From contig JAFMPO010000001.1 in NCBI GenBank assembly GCA_017654855.1, positions 1,116,001-1,180,000 on the forward strand: a stretch of DNA of 64,000 bases, given 5' to 3'. The translations under genes and the position numbers were made by a program. Shown in pieces: positions 11,646 to 24,895 of the stretch (position 1 is its first letter; the number at the start of each line of letters is the position of its first letter). The stretch is from Podospora anserina (taxonomy: Eukaryota). The notes under the pieces were generated by a model. The model was not told where the DNA came from. It ran no database searches and worked only from the letters and a program-made list of their open reading frames with translations.

Positions 11646-13464
11646 TCAAGCACCAAGACAAGGCAGGTAAATGTCCTGTATCTGTCCCCCACCAAGTTGT
11701 GTGACAAATACCCTTCCTGCCAACCCCCTCTCCACTTCCCTTATCGCTTCTCTTTGCTCCGATCCTATTGTCGATGGTAGAGTTGATGTCTGTCGTATGT
11801 CTTCCCTAACAAGACTGCATAACCGTTGCACAGACAATATCTCGTTCATCCCCACCTCCGTCTTCACTCGGTTTCGATCTCTGTCCAGGATTCTGCAGAG
11901 CGCTTTTGTCATGGTGTCGTCGAGCTTCCACGGGGAACCCGACTGTTCGAGCTCTGGCTGTGCTGCTCCTTGGTCACCTTGAGGCTCAACCGAATCTGAG
12001 GGTTCCAGATCGTTCAGATCAAATCCGGGCAGCAAAAGTGACCTTGGTCGTGCACGAGGCTTCTCAGCCATTTCTGGTTTTTGCTTTTCTTTTGACAGTT
12101 TGAACGAGATATTCAATGGCTCTGCTCCAAATCTTGATCTTCCCGAAGCCAACAAAGAAGGGACACACACGCCGAGCACCTGTTTCGTTCCCTTTCTAGA
12201 GAGCACACCAGGGCCCATAAAAAGCCTGATTTCTTGAGGGGGTTCGGCTTCCTCCCCAGTATGAGATTGTTGTGGTCGATTACTCTTGGAGGACGACAGT
12301 GGGAAAGGGGCCGTGCAGTCGAATATGAGAAGAACATCCCCTGGATGTTGCATGATTGGGTCGCGCACATCATCCCAGTAAAAATGGCTTCCTTCGTCAC
12401 TACTTAGGGTTAGGATTACCGATCCACGAGTCCATATGTGGAAAGATCGAGTTTTGAAGTGGGAAATGTGGAAAGGAGTAATACCTGCTAAACCTCAGCC
12501 TCCCATCCTCTTCTGTGGCTCCAAACCCGTGATAATATACAATCAACAGCTCTCCACCCCTTGACGTAACTTCACTCCGAGATCTATTCCTCTTTTCATG
12601 TTGAACTGTCTGGTTCTGGCTCTGGGCAAGAAACTTATCAACCACCGTCTCGACCGCTGATGTGCTATAGTCGTTGGGAATCAGCCGACATTGCACCTTC
12701 CAGCCTCTCTTTTTGAAACATGTCCTGACGGCTTCAGTATTTGTTGGTAAGCTGGGGCTGAAAAGCTGGCCGTCAGGTCCAGGGCGAGCCAGCGGCGGTG
12801 CCCAGGATAGACAGAGGGCTGATACAGATGAGGGTGGGACTGATTGGATGAACGGCAGTGGTGAGTGAAGCGTGGTTGCTGGCGTCACCGTCGTGGAGCC
12901 TGGGACTGCTGTTCGGCTTGACAGTGTAGATGGGGACAAGGGAAGCTGGCGGGCGGTGTAATGTGGGCACAGCAACTGCTCCTGATGATCTTTCTGATTT
13001 TGTTGAGGTGGCCATAGTGATGGAGATGGAGTAGGCGGATCTGTCGGCCATGGAAGAACAGGCAGAGCTTGAATCTTACTTGACCTCAGAGGCACCGTCT
13101 CGGTGTAAGCATCCCCATCCGGAAACCAAGGTGTCCGGGGACTTTGAGTGGCGGTAGTGTTGGTCTTTCCGGTAGGTGATTGTCTTGAGAATACCTGTCA
13201 GCATTGCCGAGATGAGAATAGATGAGGGGAAGGAAGCCAAAGAAGAACGGACACGCACAGAGCCAACTCGTCTAGAGCATCGACTACCGAGTTGATCTTG
13301 TCGTCCCATCCATGCTCAGACTCATGGGTGTCATAATCTCTGCCCCCATCACCGCGTTGGAGGCTTGGAGACCCGGACGTCGGCGCCCGTACACTGCTGT
13401 CTGCCGAGAAGTTATCCCTCAAAACAGTAACCTGACGTTCCCAGAGATGAGAGAAATCTTCCAT
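11646..13464 (-). CDS. Hypothetical protein with a degenerate caspase-like (C14/CHAT-like) fold region
   Basis: Consecutive minus-strand ORFs joined by intron 12400-12484 (GTATTA...CTAAC...TAG). Motifs ELLIVYYHGFG and DVLLIFDC. The first exon and its junction are uncertain. Confidence 0.55.
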
Positions 13465-14093
13465 TTCTTTTTGAATTCTTTCCTGACAGCCTTTCCAATT
13501 TCATGACTTGTCACTTCGCCCTGGATCGGTATTGCGCAATTTGCTGACGAGAAATGGCTCTGAATCTCACGACTGCTATGCCCAAGAGTGAGATTAGACA
13601 AGAGAAAGCTCTGAAAGGCCACTCTGAAGAGCTGAGAAGTACCAATTGTGGCCCCCATCATCCGTCATCATGTTCGGTCCTTGGCATTCGACTCCCAGAG
13701 ACGGCTAAAACAGTCAGCTTGAGGGTAGCACTGCAGCACCAGATTTCCGGACGCAAACGAATCCTGGTTTGGAACCGAGGAAGCCATGACACCACGTGAG
13801 TGGTCCATCCTGGTGGGTTGGTATCATCGGGCCTAGAGTTGGTTTCGAATGTTACCGTTTTGGCATATTATCTCATCTATTGTGCTGTTGTACTACTGCC
13901 GTGATTCCTCTGAGACACGCACATTGTCTGTTGGCTTGAAAAAGAGAGCGAGGGAGGATGGACCAGATGTTACAGGGTAACCGCTCGTCCCAGGAGTCGG
14001 AATAGGTTTACCGGCCCAAGGTCAGGTATGGCAAATGCAGCGCCCAAAGAATGGCGTATGAGGAACCTTTCCCGGTAACATAAGGTGCATGGC

Positions 14094-15959
14094 CTAGTTT
14101 CTTCTATTAAGGCCCCAGATGGTGTGCATCCAAGTATCCTCATCCGTCCTCAACGGCTTCCCCAGTTGTCCAAAGCGAGCCGGGAGCCCCATGTTTGGCT
14201 CTGGAAGGCACAACCACTCCTTGACGCAATCTGGGACCTCCTCCTTGACATGGCTGATACAGATCAGTGCTTGGTCCTCGCCCAGTCCCTTCACTTTGAT
14301 CTTCTCCGGTGCAGGATGTTCCACGACAGTTCTGTCAGCGGCGTATGCTTTTTCCTCGCCGCAAGCTAGGAAGAGCATGCACTTGTCCCGCACATACTCA
14401 TCCATACCGCTAAAGGCTTCATCCAAAACCACAATGTCCGGATGTTTAATGATGGCGCGAAGAAACAGCAACACTCGTTGCGCACTGAAGGACAGGCCGC
14501 CAAACAAATAATCCTGGGCCCAGGCGACATCATCACGGGGCCCGTCTTTGTCCTTTGAGTACCTAGGATTAAGTTCCTTCTCAAACCACCTGAGTGTTGC
14601 CTTCACTTTCTGTTTGGCGTCCTCGTCCAACTTGGGAACGCCCTTGAAAGTATCAGCCCAAGCGCTCTCCAGCACTTGTTGAACGTTCAAGCCACGAGGC
14701 ATGTGCTTGTGAATCTCAGGGCTAGAATGCCCAATGCGAGATTGGATATCCCAGAAAGTCAGAGGCCGCTCACCAGATCCCGGCTCCGGCATTCGGTTGC
14801 GTCCAAATAGTTTGATGGGAAGCGAATATGTCTGGGGATGGTCAGAACAAAGCAATGCTACAATCGTCGTCTTGCCTGATCCATTGGGCCCAAAGACGCC
14901 CCATCTTTGACCTCTCCGGACAGTCCAGTGTAGACCACCATCCCAGTTTCCGAGAGCAATTTTGTTTCCGTAGCGCACTTTGCAGCCGTTCATCTCAACC
15001 AGCGGCTCTCCCAGCGCGCCCTCATCGGCCTCCGTAATGATATCCACCTGACTTCCCCCGCCCGCCTCCTTTACAAATGCATCCTCGGCGCCCTCAATTC
15101 CCAGTTGACCGGCGATAGCCATCTCTCCTGCTCCTTCCAAATATACGACCCTTTTTATCCAGCCTGGCAGCGGATCCTGTGGTCGGCAACTAATGACCAC
15201 CCTCGGACTGGCTCTCTCGGCCAGCGTCTTCAACATCACACTCAGGGCCCTGGACGCTCCAGGATCCAGCCCCACAAACGGCTCGTCCAGCAAGAGTACC
15301 TCCGGTTCCGCCATCAAAGCCTTGGCAATCGCCGCTCGCCTTGACTGCCCATTTGACAAGAAGGCCACAGGGGTATCCAGCAGCTCGACCAAACTCAGGT
15401 CTTCGACAACTTTGTCGAAAAGATGCTGACTGATGACATGCTCCCCTGGAATATGGCCTAGGTTGAACTGCGTCTGGCCAAGTAGATGTTCCTTGAGAGA
15501 AAAGTCTGTGTCTTCTCTCAGACTCTCATATCTCGCTGACAGGTAAGCCGAAGTGGTGACCTCTGATATCCCCTTGCCGTAGAATCCGACGTATTTGATA
15601 GCTGTTTGAGGGGTGAGGTTGTGTTGTGTGAGCCAAGGCCATGTCCTCGCCGAGATTGGGGAGCAATGGAGCTCTCCACGGAGCATCTGAAGAAAGGTGG
15701 TTTTGCCGGAGCGTGAAGGGCCGACGACTACCCAGCTGGACTCATTTTGCTGAGGTGACTGGGAAAGATGCGAGGGGACCTGGAACGAGATTCCCTTGAA
15801 TAGCGGGGGGTTATCATTCTTGGGTGGCTGCAGATGAGCATGTTGATTTGGTGGAGGCAGAGAGGAGGGATGTCGGCGGAAAAAGGTAGCTCCTGATTTG
15901 ATGTTGATGACGGGTGGGCTGGTGAGCCGTTTGACGAAAGGTGGGGGAGGGACACGCAT
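14094..15959 (-). CDS. Soluble ABC ATPase with two nucleotide-binding domains (ModF/YDR061W-like)
   Basis: Two Walker A motifs (GPSRSGKT, GPNGSGKT), signature LSNGQ, Walker B motifs LLLDEP and VVLDEA; no TM domain; single 621-aa ORF. Confidence 0.9.
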   Translation of the reverse strand: MRVPPPPFVKRLTSPPVINIKSGATFFRRHPSSLPPPNQHAHLQPPKNDNPPLFKGISFQVPSHLSQSPQQNESSWVVVGPSRSGKTTFLQMLRGELHCSPISARTWPWLTQHNLTPQTAIKYVGFYGKGISEVTTSAYLSARYESLREDTDFSLKEHLLGQTQFNLGHIPGEHVISQHLFDKVVEDLSLVELLDTPVAFLSNGQSRRAAIAKALMAEPEVLLLDEPFVGLDPGASRALSVMLKTLAERASPRVVISCRPQDPLPGWIKRVVYLEGAGEMAIAGQLGIEGAEDAFVKEAGGGSQVDIITEADEGALGEPLVEMNGCKVRYGNKIALGNWDGGLHWTVRRGQRWGVFGPNGSGKTTIVALLCSDHPQTYSLPIKLFGRNRMPEPGSGERPLTFWDIQSRIGHSSPEIHKHMPRGLNVQQVLESAWADTFKGVPKLDEDAKQKVKATLRWFEKELNPRYSKDKDGPRDDVAWAQDYLFGGLSFSAQRVLLFLRAIIKHPDIVVLDEAFSGMDEYVRDKCMLFLACGEEKAYAADRTVVEHPAPEKIKVKGLGEDQALICISHVKEEVPDCVKEWLCLPEPNMGLPARFGQLGKPLRTDEDTWMHTIWGLNRRN

Positions 15960-16406
15960 CTCAAAGTCTCCCTTATATTTTACAAAGAAACGGAATGAAA
16001 CAGATAAAGCTTGGAAATGAAGTGACCACCTTCAACACCGTCACTTGGAAAGGATGTCATTCAAGGCCCCTGTTCGTCAATGGGCGTGGGCACGGACAAG
16101 GGTCCCAGCAAATCTGGGGAGTGGGTTAGCGGGGGATGGATTACATAAACCTTGGCTTGAAGCCTGGACCCGCTTTTCCATCCGACGTTGCGAACGACGG
16201 CAGGCAAGCAGCGACGCGAGGCTGCTGGAGCCTTGACAATTGTAGCAGCCAGCTCTGAGCTTCCTCTAACGACGCCATAAAACCACAGTCAGTTTGACCA
16301 CGAAACCAGGCTGCGATCACTCTTGAATTCTGGTGACAGAATCAACCGAACTCCGATACTCATAAATATTCAACACAAAACAACAGACCCCAAAGAAGCT
16401 ATCAAG

Positions 16407-16925
16407 ATGGTAAGTTGCAGCCAACCCCTCCACCGCCATCCGCCCGCTAATGCTGCTCCCTATATTCAGTCTCTCCGCATCGTCCCAGAGTCCAACCCCT
16501 CCTCCTCCTTCACCCATCAGCCCACCCGCGCCCATGTTGCTCCATCAGCACCTGGTCTTCACGACACACTTCGCGCTGGTGTCGGCGCCAACCCTCTCAC
16601 AACTCCCGCGACCCAAGCCATCTCCGCCCACCCTCTCGAGGCCCGCTTAAAACAGTGGGAGGCCACCCGCGAGCAGCTCAAGATGGAGACACTCCGTCGC
16701 ACATATGGCATCGCCGAGCCAGTCCGCAGAGGCATGGAGCTCAAGATCACTCGTGAAGGAACATGGAAGCCCCTGTGCCTGGGCGGCAACAGCACACCTA
16801 GCATTCACGAAGAGATCTTGACTGGACGGGACGGCATTATTGAATGGGAGGATGTATTTACTGGGGAGGAGAACGGAGCGAACATCAGTGTGCACGAGGA
16901 GATCGAGCGCAAGGTGAAGATGTAA
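16407..16925 (+). CDS. UMP1: Proteasome maturation factor UMP1
   Basis: ATG at 16407 followed by intron 16410-16469. Conserved HPLEARLKQW, YGIAEPVRRGME and IEWEDVF motifs. Confidence 0.92.
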   Translation: MVSCSQPLHRHPPANAAPYIQSLRIVPESNPSSSFTHQPTRAHVAPSAPGLHDTLRAGVGANPLTTPATQAISAHPLEARLKQWEATREQLKMETLRRTYGIAEPVRRGMELKITREGTWKPLCLGGNSTPSIHEEILTGRDGIIEWEDVFTGEENGANISVHEEIERKVKM

Positions 16926-17418
16926 AGCGGAGATTTTGTCAGGAAGTGGGAGGGTTGGACGGCAAGTAGGAGAGGAGTAGATGGGGGCAGGGAAGTATTA
17001 CGAATCAAATGGCATCAATAAACTACCATCAAACTCTTCAACCACAAACCCCTTTTACACCGCCCTGATGCCATACTCTTCATACAGATGGTGCAGTGTT
17101 CCTAAGGTGGGACCGATATGCCGTATTGTGGACCAATGGCGTCCGAAAGATTGCACCAACAGTGGTGCGATAGAATCTCAGATACAAATACCATTCCTAA
17201 AGAACCGCCAACTATGTATAAACCCGAAATTTACACGCTCATTCAACGCCGCTCCACCCAGCCAGATTCCCACAATGTACGAAAAAGATGGAAAAGGATT
17301 GTACCTGTAAGACCAACCAAAAACCAGCCAAGCTCCATGCCAATACAAATGCAAGTCAGTCGGATTGTTGACGTCGTAACGCCAAAGACAAGAAAACAAG
17401 ATAAGGGCGGCCTTTCCC

Positions 17419-18254
17419 TCATAGAATTACACAGCAGCCGCCCCCGCCCTCCCTTGTCCTGCCCTCACGGGAGCTGGCCTTCCCACCTTTGGCGCCGTCG
17501 TCTTCCTCCATCATCTCTGCTGGCCGTACCGACATGTGCACAACGTTGGGGGCATCTTTGCTCAGTTGGTATTCTGTAGGCTTGTTAGCATTGTCTGCCA
17601 ACAGGGCGATCCCGATCCTGAGGACAAGGGACGGAACATACTCTTCAACGGCTCCTTATCGTCCAGTAACTTTCCGAAATGAATCAACCTGATACTGGTT
17701 GGACTCGCCGGCCTGCCCTCCCACTCGTCCCTCCACTCCCTCAAGATCAGCTCCTTGAGCTTGTACACTGATATACTGAACGGGTCCTTGACCCCCCCAC
17801 CCTCGAGATATTCTGGAATATCAACACCCCGCTTCGAGAGGTACTTCTCGTCGATCTTGTACGGGTGTCGCGCACCGGTAGGGAGCAGCAGCGTGATGGT
17901 GCAGACCGGGGAAGACGGCGAAACAGAATCGGATATGGCCGCGGGAGGCAGAGCGGCTGTAGGCTCTATTGAAAGGGAGTCATCGTCTCTTGCTGGCGCA
18001 GCGGTCAGAGCTGTCTTGCCGAGGGGTGGTTGTGATAATGGCGGGGCTTCCTCCTCCGTGTTCTTTCCTTTCGGTTCGGCAGGTGAGCTTGTCACCACCT
18101 CGGATGGAGATACTACTGGTTCAGCGCTCTCTGGTGTCTTTGACGGCACGGTCACTCCCGTCTGTTCCGGCTCTTGTTGTTGTGGAGAGGCTGTTGGCTC
18201 CTCATTCGACGGTCGCGGCTGTGCGGTGCTCGTGTCTGGCTTAATGTCGGCCAT
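17419..18254 (-). CDS. Membrane-anchored ubiquitin-fold protein (UBL3/MUB-like) with C-terminal CaaX box
   Basis: Ubiquitin-like segment ...IRLIHFGKLLDD...VVHMSVRP joined across intron 17574-17641; ends in CCVIL. Confidence 0.85.
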
Positions 18255-20597
18255 GATGTGTTGGTGGCTGCAAAATACCAAAACCAAAGGATATCAACGA
18301 GATAGATGGCGGTGGCTTTCACTGGTAGAGCGACGGTGGCTGTATTGATGCGACAGACCCCAGACCCCAAGCTGAGAGATAGACAGACCGCCTTCCGGTG
18401 TTGTTCAATGACTTCCGGAAACGGCGGGCAGGCGACGGTGACGGTGAGACGGAATTGATTGTAGTCGTCTGTTTGGTGGCATCAATTTGCGACAGGGAGT
18501 TGCAGTATGGTCAGGCGCGCTCCTGATAAGATTTTCGGGCAAACAGGAATAACAAGAGGCGGTGGTGGCCGTGGTCGTTCCCTTCCACTATTTCGTGTCG
18601 CGAAGCTCAGATGGCGGATCGCCAGTGCCCTGGTTGTGCGGTGGGTGGGAAGGGTCGGTGCGTATGTACAAAAAGGAGATGGCGGGATGCGCGTGCAAAG
18701 AAGGGATGGAAAAGCAGAAAACGAAAGCTTCCACACGGTGAATTGACCGACGGGCGAAGAGAGGCAATGGGCAATGTCGGGGTCAGGATGCGAGGTCGCG
18801 GTAGAGGTGGCCAGCCGCGAGCCCATGGACAAAAAATGGAGACTTGCAAAGATCCTACCACCTATCGTATACCTACTTGCGCAAGCTGACACCCACCAGG
18901 TTCACTTTCGGGTTTCCTTTTTCATGCCTAAATATTCTATTTAGTGGCTGTATGCTACTTGACGGTTCAGCCACCTACTTCAAGAGTCATCGTGCATGAG
19001 GTTGCCGATTATCATTATTCTATCGTGTGGAAGCTGATATATGGGCTTGATTAATTTGTCCAGCGCTCGCCCGCCCGGCCCGGTGGGTTTGGAGGGACCT
19101 CCCTTCATCGCCCGCTGTGGCCCTCATTGCTGTAGTCCCATTCGCTCATTGAGCGCCAGCTTGGCCCAGCCGCCGTTTTCTTGCTTTTGTGGAAATATGA
19201 TAGCCAGGCGGCACTCTCTGTCTCTTCAAAGATTTGTTTCTCTTCTCACTGGCAGGAGGAGAATCCTCAGAGTACCTTAGTCCAATGAAGCCCAGCTTTG
19301 TAGCCGATACCGTGAAGTTTTGCAAACCGCCATCAACAACGGGGATAACCGTGCATCACGGCTGAAGAGGCGCCACCAGAAGCCGAACTTCCCCAGCCCG
19401 CACGGACCAGGCGATTGGCTCCCACTTGGTGACGTTTCAGTGGGGTTCTTGGAGCTTTGATGATGCTATGGTACGAAAGCTTCGGCTTCTTCAGCACGGC
19501 TGCATTGAGATTGCTTTCTCCCAGCCAGCGCTTTTTCACACACGATACGATACCATACCTGACCGCCCTTGTGGACGTAGAGCGAGTGGGTGAGAGGATG
19601 GAGTATTCGATTCGAGAGCCCTCACTTCGCCTGCTTGGAAGATCTTGGGGTCAAATGTACCTATACCGCAGGTTCCGGAACCAACCCACAAGAGGGACAG
19701 CTCAAATTCCAGGGAATCGTAATGGTGGAGCCATGGTTCCTCATCCCCTCCATCACGGGTGATACTGTCCCAGAATGCAGCTACCTACAGCAAAGTACTT
19801 TCTGAAATCACCAAACCTCTTGATCTTTCTCGCACCAAGCGCAATGCCCAAGTAAGCAGCACATATATCATGCGATTGCCTGTTTCACACGATACTTCTG
19901 ACCGTTACACATCCTCTCTTCTGTGCTCATTAAAAGTACCAAGGTATTTCGTTTGGGTCGTTTTTGGCGAGTGACATACCTGATGAACCGCCCCTCCACA
20001 CCGTCCTGTGTCAACAAGTGGTCAACCACTCATCTGCGAGCTCCATGATCTCAACCACACCACCCTACCCAACTTCAGCAGGTCGACGTGATGCTGGGGA
20101 ATCTCACTCGGAGCATCGGCTCTTCTCCGTCGTCCAAACGGCCACTGAATGTGTCTCGTATGGTTGTCAGCATGTCGTGATGCAACTTGCAACCCCAATG
20201 ACGCCACTTCATGTTCCGTCGTAAATTGTGCCACTATTTCCATGACACAAGTGAATAGCTGCAATTATCGAACTTGAGAAGAGATAAGATTCTTGTGCAA
20301 CACGAAGAACCCTGATAATCTTGGCTTTGTTGCCTTTGATCAGTGCGAGATTTCTCCATTGTCTCTACTTGACCCATCTGTGGCCCCCTTGAAGTGTGTC
20401 TTGGCGCGTCCATGCCAAAACCCCCTGAACCCCTGACATCTCCTCGGTAACAGCATATCATGGGTAAACAAACCTCGACAGAGAGCACCGCAAAGCTTGC
20501 TCATTAGCAACAGGACAATACCAACTTATTTCCCTTCCTTTTTGGAACAATGACACAAGAAATAATAGGAAACCCTCCTACATTCGCTGTATCAATC

Positions 20598-22674
20598 TTA
20601 GTGCCCACCAAACCTTTTAAACATCATCGTAGAAACAAGACCTGTGAGGCTCGCGACGGACTCGCCCAAAACAAGCCCACTGGCGAGCACGAGCAAATCA
20701 TTGTTCTTCCTTCCCTTTTCACGCCCGAAATTTGCACATGCCCAGTAGAACACAGCCCCCACTATGCGGGTGATCGTGAAGGATGGCGTGTTGTAAATCC
20801 CTGGTAGGACACTTGGGTTAGTCACCACATTCTGCCCCTCAAGCAGATCCGAAAGCCACAAACTAACCGATTGCAAAGGAAACACCCGTGGGAATAAACG
20901 TCTGCCACCACCGATTTGCATATCTCATCTTGACGATGGTGCTCATGCCAGAGAACAGTGCTGCCCCTATTGCGAATGGGGCGACACCTTCTGGAAGACC
21001 ATGGCCTATCGCCACTCTTGCCGTGTTTATGAATAGAAATGCAGCAGGGATTCTGAATAGGGGCCCTGGAATCGAATGTTGCGACACGTACAGTCTGTAG
21101 GCACCACACGAGACGAGCGCGCCAAGAATTGACCCAATTATGTGTCCATGAAGCTGAACTTTTGGGCTTGATCCAACAAGCTGTCCAATCCTGAAGTTAT
21201 GGGAGATGTCTCCTGACTGGCTTGCACCAGCCTGTGAGACTGCTGCAGAGAAGAGGTCGATGAGGATTGCGTTAGGATTCGAAGAGGATAGAAATGTCCC
21301 AAATACAAGGTGTGATACTAGTAGGTATAAGCACTTCGCCAAAACGTGCTCATTGAAGAACATACCTAAAGCGCATTCGGGGTTGTGGTCAGTTTCTGCG
21401 ATAGACCTGATCCCGACTACCGCTGTAGGAAGGGCCAAAGTGAGAGCCAAACCAGTGTAGTACCATGGCACGACAGAGCCAAAAGTAACATGCACACTTG
21501 CTGCACAGATTATAGCCGACACCAAGAAGTAGAAGATCAACCGTCTTCTTCCGATCATCGATGATGGGTAATCATGGCCGGTGTTGATCTCATCTTCGTT
21601 TTCTCCGTACATAATTGCTGTGTCGTCGCTAAAAAGGACAACTTCCCGCCAGGTAAACCACCCGAGTTTGACGAATGCGTCAGCAAGTAGCGAGGCCAGA
21701 GCGACCCAGATTATCCAGCCCCTTGCTCCGTTTTCCCAGTCATCAACATTGCCCGGGGCCCAACCTTGTTTCTTTGCATACGGTGACAAAGTTCCCCAGC
21801 CAGCAACGGCACCCATCATCGTATGTAGCGGAACGGTAGGACCTGTCATCATGCCCTGGCCAAAGAATCCCGGAGAGAGATCAACAGACCACAACCAGTT
21901 CTTGGACGCAGTGCGCCCAAAGACTGGGATCTCGCGCAAGACTGGAACAAAGTAAACAATCATACCAAGGCCCCAGGAAAGGAGAGTTCCTCGGAAGAGG
22001 CTTTGCATGCCACGATCCCACCGAAACCCATCGATAGTGGGTTGGGGAGTGAGAAGTGCTTGCTCCCCTCTAACAAAACTGCTGTGATCTGTGTCTTCTT
22101 CGTTGTCGGGCTGTCTATTTGCCTCATCTCTGGCGCTCTGGTGGCCCATGCTCGGCTGCGGATTCTGGTGATAAAGTGAGTTGATGAGATTGGCTGCACG
22201 TTTTGCCCCAGGCCACGGCAATTTTTCTTGCACGACAAAATGGTTGCGAAATACGGCAGCAAATAGGAGACCAAAGAAGCAAAGCCCAGTAGACCACACA
22301 ATGAGACTTTTGGCGCTTAGTAGAAGTGGTCCCTTCTCTTCTGAGCTGAGCAGAAACTCTAGCGCCGGAATGACGTTGATGAAGCCAGCTGCGACGGGCA
22401 TGCACCCTACGGATGTGGAGACACTGAGAAGCAGGGAATTTTCTGAGGGGTTAAGAGAAATTCGAAGATAACGCTGTAGGAATTGAAAAGTGACGAAACC
22501 GAGGAGCGCCGAAACGATCGACATCTGGCTGGCGGCACCGATTCGCAGGCCATAATAAGTGTTGGAAAGATTGATGAAAAAACCAATTATGAGTCCAGCT
22601 AGGACGGCGCGCCATGTGAAATGTGGAGTTGTATGGTTTTGGTTCTCTTCGTCGTCAGGTTGGGCAATATCCAT
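20598..22674 (-). CDS. OPT-superfamily (YSL-like) oligopeptide transporter
   Basis: FTWRAVLAGLIIG, NTYYGLRIG, EKLPWP, GMMTGP, AETDHNP and ASGLVLGES motifs with many TM helices. Introns at 21318-21365 and 20801-20867. Confidence 0.9.
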
Positions 22675-24220
22675 GTTTTGAAAGAGTATGCTCAAATGTG
22701 AGGAGATCTGTGGGTTCAGAGGAATCGAGGTCATAAAGCCGGAGACCATAACCGATCCTTGACACCTCACGGGTGCCCCTGCCTGCAAAGAGAAGCTTTC
22801 TTTATCATGATGTAGAAAAGGGAAGGAGCAGGTGAATGCCAGTCGAGAGGTTGTTGATGTGAATCGTCCATAAAACAAGCATATGCAGGGAATGCCGCAT
22901 GGGCAAAGCGAGAATAGCTGCTGCAAATTCTCCGCCATTACCACTTGCATTACCGCGTTGATTTTGAACACTTATAGATCGATCTCGTAAACTGAAAGCA
23001 ATCGGCCTAGCCTGCAGATAGGTATCATCTCTGAAGGGTACTCAACGCTGGTGGCAGGTAGGTACACGATCTGCATCGAGATCCAAGTGCTCCTACTGCC
23101 GGCATCGAGAAATTAGATAATCATGAACAACGTAGCTGTTCAACCTTTGGACGGCTTCAGGCTCTTACAAGTCACAGTCTGCCGTTACACCCAGTTGGGC
23201 AAGAGATGACAGGTTGGCCGTATACGAGACCGCGTGCAACGCGGGCAGCAAATTCCCGGATAATGGATGGACGTGTTGCCATTACTGTACTCTCTTTGCT
23301 GTTACCAAACCACGCTTCTTTGGCCTTTTGACCCTAGGCTTGTCATTTGGCGGTCTGAGGGCGTCACTCTGTGTTTGCTATAGTGCCCGTGGGACCTGCA
23401 GAATTCCCTGCTCGAGACCTTACAGCATGACCCCCAAGTTCGTGCCTGCCTTGAGATAAGGTAGATGCGTTGTAGAGAATCGATTTTGGGAAGGACCTAA
23501 CCGGCGCAGGAGTCAAGAGTCCCCCAGGAACCTGATTCCTAGCTAGATTTCCCCGCCATGTGGACCGATAACGGGATCAGTCATGAGACGAAATTTGAAT
23601 TCCGTTCTGACCATCCTCGCGTTTGCAGTGCCTTAATCTCCCCCAAAACTTGCACCACCTCACGGGTCCGTTATTTGTATTGATACTTCCCCGCCTCACA
23701 AAACCATTTCTTGTCTTGCAATTTTCATTCAGTGCAATCACAGAACAAAAGCGGAGTTGTACGGCTTCCCCTTCTCTCTCCAAACATTACCAATATCTAC
23801 TTGACGTTGCCCCCGCCCCTCTCTCGACTTCCCCCATCACTTCCCCCAACCCCCACTCGATTCTGTCTCGCCGACAGATTTCTAGCATCACGCAAATCCA
23901 GCAGCCTTGTCTTCCGGTAGTGATAGAAAGCCTCATCCTTCTTGAGTGTTTTGCGACATTATTAGTGGTAAGTTGTTCTCCTTCTACCTTAATACTGCGG
24001 CTACAACATACCTACCTCCATTTTCACACGTCATATACAACTGGGCTTAGTTGTTGTCATCACGGCCATTAGCCAGCCACCCCCTCTGAACCTGTCTTCC
24101 TCTATTTGAGAGTGTGACTTTCCCGAGCTACTCTTTCCAGAAACCGTCATACAGTCTTTAACCAAGTCAGTTCTCAAGACAGAACATTGACAGGTCCAGG
24201 TCTCTCGTGTATCAGACATC

Positions 24221-24895
24221 ATGATCTCTGCGAATCTTTTCCTTGCAGTCACTGCTCTTTTGAGTAGTCTCACCGCAGCGGTTGATCAAGCGGTTGCTTG
24301 TGCCCACGCAAATAACAAGATTCAACCTCGCGATATCAATGAGGCAGACCTCACGACGGTCATTTATCAGACCCAAACAGCCACATTGACTTTGACCGTC
24401 GAGGAAACCCCCCCCTGCGACGAGTCCCCCGCTACCACGAATAGCCATTCAGATGCTGGCGAAGTCACTCTCAGCCCCAGCTACTCAACATTCGATACCT
24501 CAGAGACGCTGACAGTGACATCCACCATCAGCAGTGGAACTGCCACTCTTACCACGACTGTCAGCAATGCATCTACCTACAACGTTCCCGGTCCTTCCAC
24601 TTCAGCCACCTGGTCAACCTCAACCACATCAGCCAGTGAGCCTGACGTTGCAACCCCGTCAATCGACACCGCGGTCACGCCTTTCGTCCCAGCACCCTCG
24701 AGCACCACTGTTACCGCTGATGGGGTGAGCGACGCGTCGAGCCCAACCGAGAGTTCTACTACCGACGATTCCACCGGCACTCCATCCAGTACCGACAATG
24801 TTGCACCCACAGTCAGTGCGGCTGCCATGCCAATCATGCTGAGCAATGATTTGATGGTTGCGCTTGTGGCTGCTGCCATGGTCATCGCTGCCTGA
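24221..24895 (+). CDS. Ser/Thr-rich secreted, probably GPI-anchored cell-surface protein
   Basis: N-terminal signal peptide, S/T-rich body and hydrophobic C-terminus (MVALVAAAMVIAA). Confidence 0.75.
   Translation: MISANLFLAVTALLSSLTAAVDQAVACAHANNKIQPRDINEADLTTVIYQTQTATLTLTVEETPPCDESPATTNSHSDAGEVTLSPSYSTFDTSETLTVTSTISSGTATLTTTVSNASTYNVPGPSTSATWSTSTTSASEPDVATPSIDTAVTPFVPAPSSTTVTADGVSDASSPTESSTTDDSTGTPSSTDNVAPTVSAAAMPIMLSNDLMVALVAAAMVIAA

Noticed and set aside
18480-20500. Several short ORFs in the intergenic region
   Set aside because: No motifs or coding-like composition; probably UTR/promoter sequence.
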